From NCBI GenBank assembly GCA_037190965.1, contig JBBCKI010000064.1:12254-76253 (forward strand): a stretch of 64,000 nt of DNA, given 5' to 3'. Both the position numbers and the translations under genes were made by a program. The DNA comes from Chthoniobacteraceae bacterium (lineage in GTDB: Bacteria; Verrucomicrobiota; Verrucomicrobiia; Chthoniobacterales; Chthoniobacteraceae). This document shows positions 47,238 to 58,181 of this stretch, piece by piece (position 1 is the first letter of the stretch; every line of letters begins with the position of its first letter). Below the pieces are notes generated by a model that saw nothing but the letters and a program-made list of their open reading frames with translations, was not told the DNA's origin and made no database searches.

Positions 47238-47306
47238 CGCGGAGTTCCGCCCTCCGTCGGGGACGCTACCGCGCCAGTTTCGGAGGGCGGAGCTCTGCGA
47301 CGCCGC
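47229..47306. repeat. REP-like family A inverted pair
   Basis: 47229-60 and 47281-306, between tamB-like and tamA-like genes. Confidence 0.85.
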
Positions 47307-47349
47307 AACGCGTTGCTTAGGAGGCATGATGATAATCGTGTCAATCATG

Positions 47350-50300
47350 TTAGCGAAAGCGGAGGAGGTAGCGTAGCTGCACCTTGACGTCGCCCTCAAG
47401 ATCCAGCCCCGCGCCGACTTCAAATTGCCGGGAAAGCTCAAAGCGCCCGCCCACCTGCTGCCGCCCCGTGCGCGGGTCGACGGTGCCGACGTCGAGGTGA
47501 AACCGATCGAGGAGCGGCTTGTCCTTGTCGGGGGAAGCACTAGGCGGTGGGGTCTTCTTTTTGAAGGCTTTGTGATAGAGATCCTGGAGGAGCAGAATTC
47601 CGGCGCGCCCGGCCAGGACTTGATTGTTTTCCGTAAACTCCCGAGTTGTCGCGCCCGTGGCCAGCAGGGCGATCACCTCTTCCTGTGCCAGCGGCGGCTC
47701 GCTGCTGAAGACGGTCTCCGGAGCGGCGGCGGTGCCGTAGATGTGGACGTTGATGGTGTAGTCCCGAAGCCGCGAGGAGCCATGAATATCGAGCGTCGGG
47801 TTGAACGAATCCGACGCGTTGAACCGGACAAAACCGTGGTCGATCTGAAGCCTGCTGAACGGCAGCGAGGCGACGAAGTTTTCAATCCGCGCGGTTCCGT
47901 CCAGCGTGGGTGCGAGCCCCGTGCCGCCAAGCTTCAGGTCGGCGGTCGCCTGCCCCTGGGCGAGGTTGCTGCGGACGATGAACGGCTCCGTGGTCCGGAT
48001 GGCGATGTCGAAGGTCCAGCCACGGACGGGGGCGACATCGATGGAAACCTGCTTGGGCGAGGAGACCCGCTCCGGCGTTGGACGGCCCGGAAGGCCGATG
48101 GGAAGAATATCGACATCCCGGAAGAAGCGGCTCTTGTTGATGCCGATTTTTCCGGAGACCTTGGCAGAATTCAGCGGCCCGGCGATTTTGAGGTCCGAGT
48201 CGGTTCGCACGATCAGGCTGTCATTGCGGACGAGAAGGGTGCCTTGCGATTTGATGCGGAGATCAAGCTGCGGTTCGTTCCATTTTTCGAGCAGCACTCG
48301 GCCCGAGGCATTGAAAGGGCCGCCCGCCGCATCGCCTTGGAAGCGGCGGATGGCGAGTTGGTTGCCGGAGAAGCGGAGATCCCCCTGCAAATTGTTGATC
48401 CCGGGAAGATCGGCGTTTTGGAATCGGATCGCGGGGAAGGCGAGTTGCAGCCCGCCATCGAAGACCGGATTCGCCAGCGTTCCGCGAGCGGAGGCGTCGA
48501 GGCTTAGCCGCCCCTCCACGTAACGGAGGCTGGGGGTGAGTTTCGCGAACACGGCGGCGGAGGAGGGAGGAAGCTTGACGGACGCCTTTAACGGCGTGGA
48601 AGGGGCGACGCCTTTTTCCCGGATCACGCTGCGAAGGTCGAAGGGAAGCTCGCCGCCGAATTGCAACGGGCTGACGGCGGGGATCCGGGCTTCCCCTTTC
48701 AGGACGAGGCGCGCTTCTTTGAGGATCAGCGAGGCGTCGAGAGCGGCCGGTTGCAGCTTCTCGACGCGGCGGCTCTGGAGATCGCGCCCTTTGACCGTCA
48801 GGGTCAACTCGGGGGCGGCGACGGTCCCGGCGGCGTTCAGCGACACATCAACCAGGCCGCGCAGGCCCAGCCCCGGTTCAGGGGCAGGCGCGGTATTTTT
48901 GGCTTTGTTAGCCGGTTTGGCCGATTTGGCCGGGTTACTCGGTTCTGGGTTCGTATCGGGAAAGATCTTTGCGAGGTCGATCTGCTGGAGAACAAGCTCG
49001 CCTTCCAACTCGCCGGTTTCCGGGAGGATCGTCTCCGGTTTGTCCGCCGTGCGGAGATCGAGGGGAAGCGCGAACTGCCCGGTAATCGACCCTTTTTTGC
49101 CAAGTTCCAGTCGCAGTTCCCGAACTTGCAGCCGCTGCTCGGCGAGTTGAATCTGCGCCCGTGCCGATCCCTGCTCCGAGCGGAGATGGAACGTCTTGAA
49201 ATCGATGCTCTCCGGAGAGTAGACCCCGGCGATCTCCGCTTCCACTCCGGTCATGTCGCCGAAGCGGCCTTTTTGTACGGCAACGCGCCCGTCGCCCGTA
49301 TGGAGCAGGGTCTTTAAACGTCCTGTTCCGTGCCAGTCGATCTGCAGTGAGCCGCCGACCGGCGTTTTTACCAGCGGCTGGAAAGCGGCGAGATCGTTCA
49401 CGCTTCCGGCAAGCCGTGCATCATAGGCAAACGGCGGACGAAGCTCCAGGGAGCCTTCTCCCGCCAGTTTATCGACACCGTTGAGATCGAGTTCAAAGCG
49501 GTTGACCCGCGCGGTGTTCCCCTCCACGGGAATTTCCGCCGAGAGGCGTTTTGCGGAAAACTCACGAAAGACGAGGTCGCGCGCTTCGATCTTCCCCTGG
49601 CCCCGGGTTTCGCCCCGGCTGCGATGGAACTCTCCGGCGGCGGAGAGGGTGCCGCCGAGGGCATTGGCCGATGCGGCATTGAGCAAGGCGAGGGAAGGAG
49701 CCTGAATGTCAAAACGCGCATCGAAGTCGACGCGATCCCAATCTGTTTCGGAGCGAGTCGCAGGCAACCGGTAACGCCCTTCGAATCGAGCTTTGTTCTC
49801 GCCGCGCCGGAATTCAGCGGAATCGACGATCAACTCTCCCTTCTCAAGCCGAAGGGTGGCCGAGGCGGCATCGAGAGCGATCTCTCCCGTCGTCAGGGCG
49901 GCGGACGGTGCTCCCTCTTTGGTCGATGCAGGGGCGAGCGATGCCGAGGCGGTGACGGAAAGGCCATCGAACCACGGCGTCCCCGTCGGGCGTTTGAGCC
50001 TGGCCAGATTCGCGCTCAGGCGGGCCTCCCCCTGGCCGAGGGTGATTTTTAACGGATCTTCGCGATCGGCGGGTATCGCGGGGAGCGCGAACCACAGCCC
50101 CGGAGTGGAGGAGTCGAGGGTGGCGGTGAATTCACCTTCCGAGAGATGCAATTTGCCACGAGCGGTGGCGCTCCCCGAGGCAAAGCCGGGGCTGATTTTG
50201 TCCAGATCGGGGGCATCGAGACTGAAGGCGACTTCGACGCCTTCCCGTCGGAGCGTATCCATCGAATCCGGCAGATTCCGCTCGAACTCGAAGGCCAGGC

Positions 50301-51402
50301 GGTTGTCCGCTGTGGCCAGGAACGTTTCGCTCAGGCGGGCGGTCCCTCCCTCCAACGCAAGCTGCACCTGCCCTTTGTCGAACCGGATTTTCTCGAAGCT
50401 CCCGCTGTCTGCCTGCAACCGGGCGATGCCTTTCCATGAAGAGGGGAGGTCGGGCGTGCCCACGAGGTCGATGTCCACATCGGTCACGGTTCCCGACATT
50501 CCCGGCTTCCCGGGCAAAAAGTCACGCAGCGCGTCGAGGGAAAGCCCCTTCAGCGAGGCGGTCAGCTTCGCGTTGTTGCCGCGGCCCCGGCGTTGTTGCT
50601 GGATGAAAATCTCGGTCTCTCCGCCAAAAAGGTTTCCATTGGCCAGGAGGGTGTTGGACCCCTCGGCACGGCGGGAGCCGTCGAGTTCCACCCGGGTCAC
50701 CCGGATCTCCTCGCCCAATTGAAAGCTGCCGACGATCAGTCGGCGTCCCGTATAGGTGGCTTCGGCGTGGAGATTGCGCCAGGAGGCGATAAGCGGGATC
50801 GAGACTTCTCCCACGTTGATGGAGCCGGGGGTATCCGGGGCGAGCTGGACATTCAGGCCCTTCAGAACCAACGGCCCCTGTGGAAGATGGGCTGTGATGT
50901 TGAAATTCTCAATATCGACGCGATTGCTAAACAGAGCGGGCTGTTGGAGGATGTCGCGAAGAAGGTTGGTCAGTTTCTGACGGCGTTTTAGCCCTTTGGG
51001 AGGGGGCGGTTCAATCTCCAGCGTGGCATTGCGCAATTCGTAGCTGGAGAGAAACTCGGTCACGCCCCGGGTGAGCAGACGCGGAAGGCTGTAATCGAAG
51101 CGAGCGTATTCAATCTCAATGGAGCGAATGGGCGATTTTTCGCCATCGTCTTCCTCTGCCTTGCCGTGAACGTTCTTCAGCGTGAGGCCGGTCAGGACGG
51201 AGCCTTCGATCTCGAGGGAGAGTTCGACGTTCTCATGCCGCGCCACCTGAACGGCGACGGTGTGCAGCGTCCAGACCAGAAGGGGGCGGTGAAAGAGCAA
51301 GGCCAGCGCGCCAGCCGTCAGCAGCCCCCGGACGAGGAGTTTTTTCCATCGCTTTGGAGTCCGGCCGGATGGGGGAGGGCTGACATTCTCCGATTCGGGC
51401 AT
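47350..51402 (-). CDS. TamB/AsmA-like translocation-assembly protein
   Basis: N-terminal TM, long beta-rich body, DUF490-like C-terminus 'SSEPPLAQEEVIALLATG'; next to an Omp85 gene. Confidence 0.85.
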   Translation of the reverse strand: MPESENVSPPPSGRTPKRWKKLLVRGLLTAGALALLFHRPLLVWTLHTVAVQVARHENVELSLEIEGSVLTGLTLKNVHGKAEEDDGEKSPIRSIEIEYARFDYSLPRLLTRGVTEFLSSYELRNATLEIEPPPPKGLKRRQKLTNLLRDILQQPALFSNRVDIENFNITAHLPQGPLVLKGLNVQLAPDTPGSINVGEVSIPLIASWRNLHAEATYTGRRLIVGSFQLGEEIRVTRVELDGSRRAEGSNTLLANGNLFGGETEIFIQQQRRGRGNNAKLTASLKGLSLDALRDFLPGKPGMSGTVTDVDIDLVGTPDLPSSWKGIARLQADSGSFEKIRFDKGQVQLALEGGTARLSETFLATADNRLAFEFERNLPDSMDTLRREGVEVAFSLDAPDLDKISPGFASGSATARGKLHLSEGEFTATLDSSTPGLWFALPAIPADREDPLKITLGQGEARLSANLARLKRPTGTPWFDGLSVTASASLAPASTKEGAPSAALTTGEIALDAASATLRLEKGELIVDSAEFRRGENKARFEGRYRLPATRSETDWDRVDFDARFDIQAPSLALLNAASANALGGTLSAAGEFHRSRGETRGQGKIEARDLVFREFSAKRLSAEIPVEGNTARVNRFELDLNGVDKLAGEGSLELRPPFAYDARLAGSVNDLAAFQPLVKTPVGGSLQIDWHGTGRLKTLLHTGDGRVAVQKGRFGDMTGVEAEIAGVYSPESIDFKTFHLRSEQGSARAQIQLAEQRLQVRELRLELGKKGSITGQFALPLDLRTADKPETILPETGELEGELVLQQIDLAKIFPDTNPEPSNPAKSAKPANKAKNTAPAPEPGLGLRGLVDVSLNAAGTVAAPELTLTVKGRDLQSRRVEKLQPAALDASLILKEARLVLKGEARIPAVSPLQFGGELPFDLRSVIREKGVAPSTPLKASVKLPPSSAAVFAKLTPSLRYVEGRLSLDASARGTLANPVFDGGLQLAFPAIRFQNADLPGINNLQGDLRFSGNQLAIRRFQGDAAGGPFNASGRVLLEKWNEPQLDLRIKSQGTLLVRNDSLIVRTDSDLKIAGPLNSAKVSGKIGINKSRFFRDVDILPIGLPGRPTPERVSSPKQVSIDVAPVRGWTFDIAIRTTEPFIVRSNLAQGQATADLKLGGTGLAPTLDGTARIENFVASLPFSRLQIDHGFVRFNASDSFNPTLDIHGSSRLRDYTINVHIYGTAAAPETVFSSEPPLAQEEVIALLATGATTREFTENNQVLAGRAGILLLQDLYHKAFKKKTPPPSASPDKDKPLLDRFHLDVGTVDPRTGRQQVGGRFELSRQFEVGAGLDLEGDVKVQLRYLLRFR

Positions 51403-51654
51403 TGCGGTTATTTTATCCAATTAGAAGCACGGTGTCGGCAAGCACAAGCCGTCTTAACGAGATAGAGGAGTTCATGCCCATGCAGTCGGAGAAAACCTGT
51501 CGCTGGTTCTGAAGCAGTTTAAGTATTTCTGTCGCCACATCCCTACTTAAAACGCTCCGGATAGAAATCAACGGTCTTGTCGCGGTAAATCGCTCGCCAT
51601 GGGGGGCGGCGACTTTTTAGACTCCGCCCCGATGAATGACGGAACTCGAATCGA

Positions 51655-52560
51655 ATGAAGAAGGAAGACAATCCGAACAGGGATGAAGACAGCCCTTCCT
51701 GGTGGGTGAAGATCTGGCGGTTGCTCGTGCTCGCCATCAAAAAATATGTGGCGACTGACGGGGAACTCCGGGCCGCGTCGTTCGCGTATTACGCCTTTTT
51801 CGCGCTCTTCCCCCTGCTTCTCCTCATTATCTCCATCGGCGGGTGGATTTTGCGCGGCAATGAAGAGCAGGTTGAGAGCCGGGTGCTGGAGCTGATCAGC
51901 CACTATGTTCCCGTGGGGCACGGGGGGACGAATTTGATCGCTTCCACCATCGAAGGGGTGGTCGCATCGCGGGGAACGGCGGGGGTGGTGGCGATTCTGG
52001 CGCTGACCTGGAGCTCGCTCCGGTTCTTTCAGGCGCTGGTGCAGGGGGTTAACCGGGCCTGGGGCTTGGAGGAATATTCATGGTGGCGGTTGCCGCTGGC
52101 TAATTTGTCCATGGTGGGGATCACCGGCAGCACCTTCCTCCTGGGGCTCATCGTGCCGCTGGTGATGAAGGCCGTCGAGACCTACTGGCAGCAGGCAGGG
52201 GTGGTGGGGTTCGAGTACCTGCAATTTTCCCTCCGCATGGCGCGGTGGTTTCTCCCCTCGGTCATTCTCTTCTACGGCCTGCTGATGTTTTATAAATACG
52301 CGCCCCGGCGAAAAACGGCGTTTCGCGAAGTCTGGGTGACGTCGCTCCTCGCCGCCATTTTGTTGCAGGTAGTGGCGAAGGGGATCGTCATTTATGCCGA
52401 CAACTTTGCGCGTTTCAACACGCTCTACGGAGCCTTGGGCAGCGTGGTGGTGGTGTTGATGTGGATTTACCTCTCGGGCTCGGTGGTGATTTTCTGCGGT
52501 TGCCTCTGCGCGGCCCAAGCGGAGATTTTTGGGAAGAAGAACGGTCAGGCCGGGACGTGA
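51655..52560 (+). CDS. YihY/BrkB family membrane protein
   Basis: 'AASFAYYAFFALFPLLL', 'YGALGSVVVVLMWIYLS'. Confidence 0.9.
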   Translation: MKKEDNPNRDEDSPSWWVKIWRLLVLAIKKYVATDGELRAASFAYYAFFALFPLLLLIISIGGWILRGNEEQVESRVLELISHYVPVGHGGTNLIASTIEGVVASRGTAGVVAILALTWSSLRFFQALVQGVNRAWGLEEYSWWRLPLANLSMVGITGSTFLLGLIVPLVMKAVETYWQQAGVVGFEYLQFSLRMARWFLPSVILFYGLLMFYKYAPRRKTAFREVWVTSLLAAILLQVVAKGIVIYADNFARFNTLYGALGSVVVVLMWIYLSGSVVIFCGCLCAAQAEIFGKKNGQAGT

Positions 52561-52570
52561 TTAGTCGGCA

Positions 52571-52676
52571 GAGGGCGGCGTCGCGGAGCTCCGCCCTCCG
52601 TCGATTTTCGCGACCAGCGCGCATGGAAAACTGGCGCGGCAGCGCCCTACCCCGGAGGCGGAGCTCCGCGACGCCG
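52571..52676. repeat. REP-like family A inverted pair
   Basis: 52571-603 and 52653-676, between convergent genes. Confidence 0.85.
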
Positions 52677-52716
52677 GTAACGCCGAAGGCGCTTGCCTCT
52701 GCCTTTCTCAGAGGCT

Positions 52717-53661
52717 CTAAATCCCCGCGAATTTCATCCCGAGGTTGATCCAATACGGGATCGTCAGGAGCGAAAGGGCCGTTGTTACGAAGACGATTTG
52801 CACCGCCATTGCGCTGTCGCCACCGTAATGCTTGGTGAGAACAATGGGCAGCATCGCGCATGGCATGGCGGATTGCACGATCAGCACCTGCTTGAGTTCC
52901 ACAGGGCACGGGAGCCAGCGGGCAAGGGCGATAAACGCGAGCGGCAGCACACCGAGCCGGAGGAGGGTCGCCCCCGCCACCGCCGCTGTCCGGGAGCGCG
53001 AGAAACCGGCCTCCGCCACGAAGTCCGAAAGGGTCGCTCCGGTTAGAAGCAGAGCCATCGGGATCGCCGCCGCTCCAATCATGCCGAGACTGCTGAAGAT
53101 CCACGCCGGGAGAAATTCCTTCGGGTGAAAGAGGTTCAGTACGACGGAGACGAGAATGGCAATGACCGGCGCGCTGAGAATTTGTCGCCAGAGCGGTTTC
53201 TCACGCGAGCGTGCGCCTCCCGCAAGAATGAGTCCGGCTCCGGCCCAAAAGGCGATTTCCACCCCAAGATTGTGCATGAAGAGCACGCCGAGCGTCTTCG
53301 TTCCAAAGAGCTTCTCCACCAACGGGATGGCTGTGTAGCCGTAGTTGTAGAGCCCGGTGATGTAAACGAAGGTCCGCAATTCCGATTGGCCGGAGAGCCG
53401 CAATGCCTTTGCGCCGAAAAATGCGACCAGATAGCCGAGCCCGACCATGACGACGCCGGTGAGCGGCGCCAGCCACAGGTTCACTCCCTCCCGGAGCAAA
53501 TCATTCCCGAGGATGGAGCGGGCGATCAGCGCCGGGTAGAGGAGGTTGACGCAGATCCTCAGGAGCGACCTGTCGGCCTCTTCCGTAAGCACCCTCGTCC
53601 GCCGGAGCAGGAAACCGAAGGCAATGACGACGAAGATCGGCGCTACTGCGACGAAGATCAT
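52717..53661 (-). CDS. AEC (auxin efflux carrier) family transporter
   Basis: About 10 TM segments; 'NYGYTAIPL', 'QSAMPCA'. Confidence 0.87.
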   Translation of the reverse strand: MIFVAVAPIFVVIAFGFLLRRTRVLTEEADRSLLRICVNLLYPALIARSILGNDLLREGVNLWLAPLTGVVMVGLGYLVAFFGAKALRLSGQSELRTFVYITGLYNYGYTAIPLVEKLFGTKTLGVLFMHNLGVEIAFWAGAGLILAGGARSREKPLWRQILSAPVIAILVSVVLNLFHPKEFLPAWIFSSLGMIGAAAIPMALLLTGATLSDFVAEAGFSRSRTAAVAGATLLRLGVLPLAFIALARWLPCPVELKQVLIVQSAMPCAMLPIVLTKHYGGDSAMAVQIVFVTTALSLLTIPYWINLGMKFAGI

Positions 53662-53664
53662 GCG

Positions 53665-54411
53665 CTACGAGAGCATTTCGTAATTGAGCAGACTCAGGCA
53701 GTACAGAGCGGCCGTCTCGGTACGCAGGACGATGGGTCCCAGCGTGATCGGGCGGCAGCCGTGGCTCTTGGCGAGCGAAATTTCGGCAGGGGTGAAGTCC
53801 CCCTCCGGCCCCACCAGTACCAGCACGCTGGCCGGTTTTTTGCCTGCGCTCGCGAGATGCTCGGCGAAAACCTCCCTGGGATGCCGCGCATCAGGTTGAA
53901 GCGAGGCGATCAGCGTGAGGTCGTAGCGCTCGCCCGCCGCAAAGAAGTCTTTGAGGCTTTGGGGTTTTGTCACGGTGGGGAGCCAGTTCTGGCCGCACTG
54001 CTTGGCGGCTTCCACCACGACATCCTGCCATTTCCCCTGTTTCTTCGCGGCGTCGGCCGCGTCGCACTGCACGACGGTCCGTTCGCTCAGGAGCGGGACG
54101 ATGCCTGCCGCGCCGAGTTCCGTCGCCTTCTGGACGATCAGGTCCATGTTCTTCCCCTTCGGGATTGCCTGCCCGAGGGTGATCCGGCACGAGAGCGGCG
54201 GCGTCTTGGCGTGGTGGATCGCCTTGAGACCGACGGAACGCTTGGCCACGGAGACAACCTCGACGGTGGCTTCGACGCCCTGGCCGTTGAAGACCACGGC
54301 GCGGTCCCCTTGCTGGATGCGGAGGACATCGGTGGCGTGATGGCTCTCCGCCTCGTCGAGAGCAAGGGCATCAAGGTTCCAACGGGCGGGCGGGATGTAG
54401 AAACGGTGCAT
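53665..54411 (-). CDS. rsmE: 16S rRNA m3U1498 methyltransferase RsmE
   Basis: 'HATDVLR', 'QKATELG', 'VGPEGDF', 'LGPIVLRTETA'. Confidence 0.95.
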   Translation of the reverse strand: MHRFYIPPARWNLDALALDEAESHHATDVLRIQQGDRAVVFNGQGVEATVEVVSVAKRSVGLKAIHHAKTPPLSCRITLGQAIPKGKNMDLIVQKATELGAAGIVPLLSERTVVQCDAADAAKKQGKWQDVVVEAAKQCGQNWLPTVTKPQSLKDFFAAGERYDLTLIASLQPDARHPREVFAEHLASAGKKPASVLVLVGPEGDFTPAEISLAKSHGCRPITLGPIVLRTETAALYCLSLLNYEMLS

Positions 54412-54442
54412 TAGACAGGTTCGGTAAGCGGCAAAACGGCGA

Positions 54443-55603
54443 TCAGCGGAAGAAATCTTTCGCCTTCTCGAAGAAGCCTTTGTGCAACGGCGAGTTTTCT
54501 TCGCCGCAAAGTTCCGCGAACTCTTCGAGCTTCTTGCGTTGCTCGGAGTTCAGCTTGCTGGGCACTTCCACCAGGACGCGCACCAGCAGGTCGCCCCGCT
54601 GGCTGGAACTGAGGGTGGGGACGCCTTTTCCGCGCAGCTTGAAGACGGTGCCACTCTGGGTTCCCGCGGGAATCTTGAGCGAGGCCTTGCCTTCCAGCGT
54701 GGGGACGGTGGTTTCGCCGCCAAGGGTCGCTGTCGTAAAGGAAATGGGGACTTCGGTGAAGAGGTTGTCCTCCTCGCGTTCAAAGACTTCGTGTTCCTTG
54801 ACGTGGATGACCACGTAGAGATCCCCCGGAGGGCCGCCGCGAATGCCTGCCTCGCCATTGCGCGAGGAGCGGAGGCGCGAGCCGTCGTCGATCCCCGCGG
54901 GGATCTTGAGCTTGATGCGGGAACGCCCTTCGACACGGCCTTCGCCTTCGCAACCCTTGCACGGGTTGGCGATGATCTGGCCTGTTCCCCGGCAGCGCGG
55001 GCACGTTTGGGAAACCTGGAAGAATCCACGCGAACTGATCACCTGGCCCCGCCCATGACAGGTCGGGCAGGTGGTCGCCTTGGAGCCCGCCTCCGCACCG
55101 CTGCCGTGGCACTTCTGGCACGAGTCGAGTTTGCTGATCTCGATCTCTTTTTCGCAGCCGAAAGCGGCTTCCTCCAGACGGATCTGGAGATCGTAACGGA
55201 GATCGGAGCCTCGCGAGCGTGTTTCGCCGCGCTCCTGGCCTCCGCCACCTCCGAAAAATTGCTCGAAGACGCTGCCTCCGCCGCCCTGGGATCCGAAGAC
55301 TTCGCGGAAAATATCGAAAGGATCGTGGAATCCACCGCCGCCTCCTCCACGGGGGCCTGCGGTGCCCTGCGCGAACGCGGCGTGGCCCATCCGGTCGTAG
55401 GCGGCGCGCTTGTTGTCGTCCATCAGGACGTCATACGCTTCGCCCAGTTCCTTGAACTTTTCCTCGGCGGTGTGATCACCCGGGTTTTTGTCCGGGTGAT
55501 ACTTTACGGCCAGTTTCCGGTAGGAACGCTTGATCTCCTCGCTGGTTGAGCTTTTGGAGACTTCAAGCACCTCATAATAGTCCCGCTTGCTTGCCATCGT
55601 CAT
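54443..55603 (-). CDS. dnaJ: Chaperone DnaJ
   Basis: J-domain HPD, G/F region, four CxxCxGxG repeats. Confidence 0.97.
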   Translation of the reverse strand: MTMASKRDYYEVLEVSKSSTSEEIKRSYRKLAVKYHPDKNPGDHTAEEKFKELGEAYDVLMDDNKRAAYDRMGHAAFAQGTAGPRGGGGGGFHDPFDIFREVFGSQGGGGSVFEQFFGGGGGQERGETRSRGSDLRYDLQIRLEEAAFGCEKEIEISKLDSCQKCHGSGAEAGSKATTCPTCHGRGQVISSRGFFQVSQTCPRCRGTGQIIANPCKGCEGEGRVEGRSRIKLKIPAGIDDGSRLRSSRNGEAGIRGGPPGDLYVVIHVKEHEVFEREEDNLFTEVPISFTTATLGGETTVPTLEGKASLKIPAGTQSGTVFKLRGKGVPTLSSSQRGDLLVRVLVEVPSKLNSEQRKKLEEFAELCGEENSPLHKGFFEKAKDFFR

Positions 55604-56169
55604 GATTGCGCGGGACCTGAAGAGACGAAGACGTTGGCCGGGCGGATCAGCCGGTCGCGGAATTTATAGCCTTTGCGAAGTTGCCGGACGACGTGGCCTT
55701 CCGGCACGGTGTCGCTGGCCTCGGTGCCGAGGGCTTCGTGCAGGTTGTGGTCAAACGGCTTGCCTTCAGCGTCGATGACTTCGATTCCGCTGTTGGCAAT
55801 GAAGTCCTGGAGCTGCCGGGCGACCATCTCGAAACCGACAATGACCCCCTGGCTCCCGTCGACGCGTGCGGCCTGAAGCCCGAGCTCGAAATTGTCGAGA
55901 ATCGGCAGCAGTCGTTCCAGCAGCGCGGCGGTCGCCGATTTGATGGCGTCCTCCTTGTCCCGCGCGGCGCGTTTGCGGTAGTTCTCAAAATCAGCCTGCG
56001 TCCTCAGGGCGAGGTCGCGGAAGCGTTCCACATCCGCCTGCAGGGCTTCGAAACCGTTCGCCTCGCCTGCCTGCTCGGGAGTGGCCGTGGCCTCCTCCTG
56101 CGCTTGCGGCTTCTGTTCGGCCCGGGTTTCTTCTGCGGCGGAATTCTCCTCTGTATGTTCGTTGCTCAT
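55600..56169 (-). CDS. grpE: Nucleotide exchange factor GrpE
   Basis: 'ADFENYRKR', 'LLPILDNFE', 'FDHNLHEA', 'GY...RLIRPA'. Confidence 0.95.
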   Translation of the reverse strand: MSNEHTEENSAAEETRAEQKPQAQEEATATPEQAGEANGFEALQADVERFRDLALRTQADFENYRKRAARDKEDAIKSATAALLERLLPILDNFELGLQAARVDGSQGVIVGFEMVARQLQDFIANSGIEVIDAEGKPFDHNLHEALGTEASDTVPEGHVVRQLRKGYKFRDRLIRPANVFVSSGPAQS

Positions 56170-57593
56170 GTCTTCCGGATTACAATCAAAGTAATGTCGT
56201 CGTTTTGCGGATAGGTTCCAATAAAGGCCCTTAGATCATCCGTCAACCGGGCTATGATCGCGGGGGCCCCGCCGGACGCGCTGGCCTGGATGCTTTGGAT
56301 CATGTTTTTCATGCCAAACTCCAGCCCTTTGCTGTCCAGCGCCTCGGTGACGCCGTCGGTATAAAGTACCAGGCAGTCGTCCTTTTCCAGCGAAACGGAA
56401 AAATCGCCCGCGATCCTATCGAACACGTCCCCGCTGTCAATGCCCAGAGCCATGCCGGGCGGGTTGATCTTGGAGACCGTCTGGGCCGTGGCCGAGTAAT
56501 GCAAGGGAGCGTCGTGACCGGCGCGGCAGAGCGTGACCTTGTTGGACTCGTGGTCGAGGATCACGTACGCCATCGAGATGAACATGTCCTCTTTGATGTC
56601 CGGGTAAAGCTGCCGGTTGACCCGGTGTAACGCTTCGGCCGCCGAGACGCAACCCGGGGCGGAGCTTCTCAATACGCTGCGGCACATCGCCATGATCAGC
56701 GAGGCGGGGACCCCTTTGCCGGAGACGTCGGCGATGACCACGCCCGTGCTGTGGTCGTTGACGTGGATGTAATCGTAGTAATCGCCGCTGACCCGTGAGG
56801 CCGGAATGTTGATCCCGCAGACTTCGTACCCGTTGATCTGGGGAGCGGTGCTTGGGAGGAGAATCCGCTGAATGTCCTGCGCGATGAGGAGATCCTGGTC
56901 GAGCCGGCGTTTCTCGTGTGCCTCCGAGTAGATGCTCGCGCTGTAGAGGGCAAAGGCCGATTGTTCGGCGATCGCCTTGAAGATGGCGAAGTCGCTCGAA
57001 TCGAAAGCGCGGCTCATGGCTCCGTTGGCCAGGGCAAGCACCCCGAGCCGGTGATCCGCGTAGACGAGCGGGATGATCATCGCGGACCCGGTTTGAAGCG
57101 TGGTGTCGCGCATTTCGGTGAGGCGCAGGTCCCCCTCCATCAGCAGCAATCCTTCCTGCTGCTGCCATACCGCGCCGATCACGCCTTCGCCGGGATCAAC
57201 CGGGTGCCTGCGAAGATAGCTCTGGAGAGCCACCGGGGTATGCTCCACCTGCGCGAGGATGTGCGGGGGGATCTCGATGAGCGGCGGGCAGCTCTTGGAG
57301 ATGAACGAGGGGATCAAGGCCGCGCTCTGGCGGTTCGTCACGTAAAGGGCGCCGCCGTGGGCGTCAAGAACGCGCATGGCCGCCTCGACGATCAGGCGGT
57401 GCAGCTCTTCGATCTTCAGGTTGTCGGAAAAGGCGGAGCCGAGCTCGTGGAGGAAGTCGAACATCCGCGTCTCTTCCAACTGGAGCTTCTCGCAGGCCTT
57501 GGCGAGATCTTCGATTTTTTCCCGCTGTCGCCGGATGAAAAAGGCGGCAACAACCCAACTGATAATCAGCAATCCAAAAAGAAAGCTGCTCAT
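56166..57593 (-). CDS. GAF + PP2C (SpoIIE/RsbU-like) phosphatase
   Basis: 'VSGDYYD', 'IADVSGKGVPASL', 'YTDGVTEA', 'DDITL'. Confidence 0.92.
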   Translation of the reverse strand: MSSFLFGLLIISWVVAAFFIRRQREKIEDLAKACEKLQLEETRMFDFLHELGSAFSDNLKIEELHRLIVEAAMRVLDAHGGALYVTNRQSAALIPSFISKSCPPLIEIPPHILAQVEHTPVALQSYLRRHPVDPGEGVIGAVWQQQEGLLLMEGDLRLTEMRDTTLQTGSAMIIPLVYADHRLGVLALANGAMSRAFDSSDFAIFKAIAEQSAFALYSASIYSEAHEKRRLDQDLLIAQDIQRILLPSTAPQINGYEVCGINIPASRVSGDYYDYIHVNDHSTGVVIADVSGKGVPASLIMAMCRSVLRSSAPGCVSAAEALHRVNRQLYPDIKEDMFISMAYVILDHESNKVTLCRAGHDAPLHYSATAQTVSKINPPGMALGIDSGDVFDRIAGDFSVSLEKDDCLVLYTDGVTEALDSKGLEFGMKNMIQSIQASASGGAPAIIARLTDDLRAFIGTYPQNDDITLIVIRKT

Positions 57594-57665
57594 GTCGGTG
57601 GAAAACGTTGGGACAAGGGAAAAGGGGGGAGGGTGTGAAAAGGGGGGAAGCCGAGTGAAGGGCCG

Positions 57666-58181
57666 TTACTCGGATTGACTCAAATCTTGTTTCAAATATT
57701 CAAGAACGTCTTTGAACTTCGTCAGGTTTTCAGGGTCTGCCGCGACCAGCGCCTCATGGGCTTCGATCATTGTGCGGGCCTGTTCAGATCGATCGCTGCT
57801 GCCCGTGTCAGGCGCGGCGATTGGTTCCGCCGGAGCGCCTTCGCCCGGGGTTTTGATGCCGCAGAGGTCGATGGCAAAAAGTTGGTCGAGCCCGAGATTG
57901 CGAAGCAAATCGCTGTTGCGCTCGTTGAGGTTGGTTACGTGCAGGTTTCCCTGGCCGATTTCGCGCAGCCGCAAGGCGATGCCTGCGAGGGTTCCCATGA
58001 AGGTCGAGTCCATGACAGGGCAGTTACGGAGATCGACGACGAATTCCCGGTGCCCCCGGTTCGTCATTTTGCGTGCGAACTCCTTGAGCCCCGAACTGTT
58101 GAGGAACGAGCCCTTGCCCTGCACCCGGATCCAAACGACCTTGTTGGCGCAACCGACTAAAATGCTGCTTTGAGTGCTCAC
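57666..58181 (-). CDS. STAS-domain anti-anti-sigma factor
   Basis: 'VVDLRNCPVMDSTFMGTL'. Confidence 0.88.
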   Translation of the reverse strand: MSTQSSILVGCANKVVWIRVQGKGSFLNSSGLKEFARKMTNRGHREFVVDLRNCPVMDSTFMGTLAGIALRLREIGQGNLHVTNLNERNSDLLRNLGLDQLFAIDLCGIKTPGEGAPAEPIAAPDTGSSDRSEQARTMIEAHEALVAADPENLTKFKDVLEYLKQDLSQSE

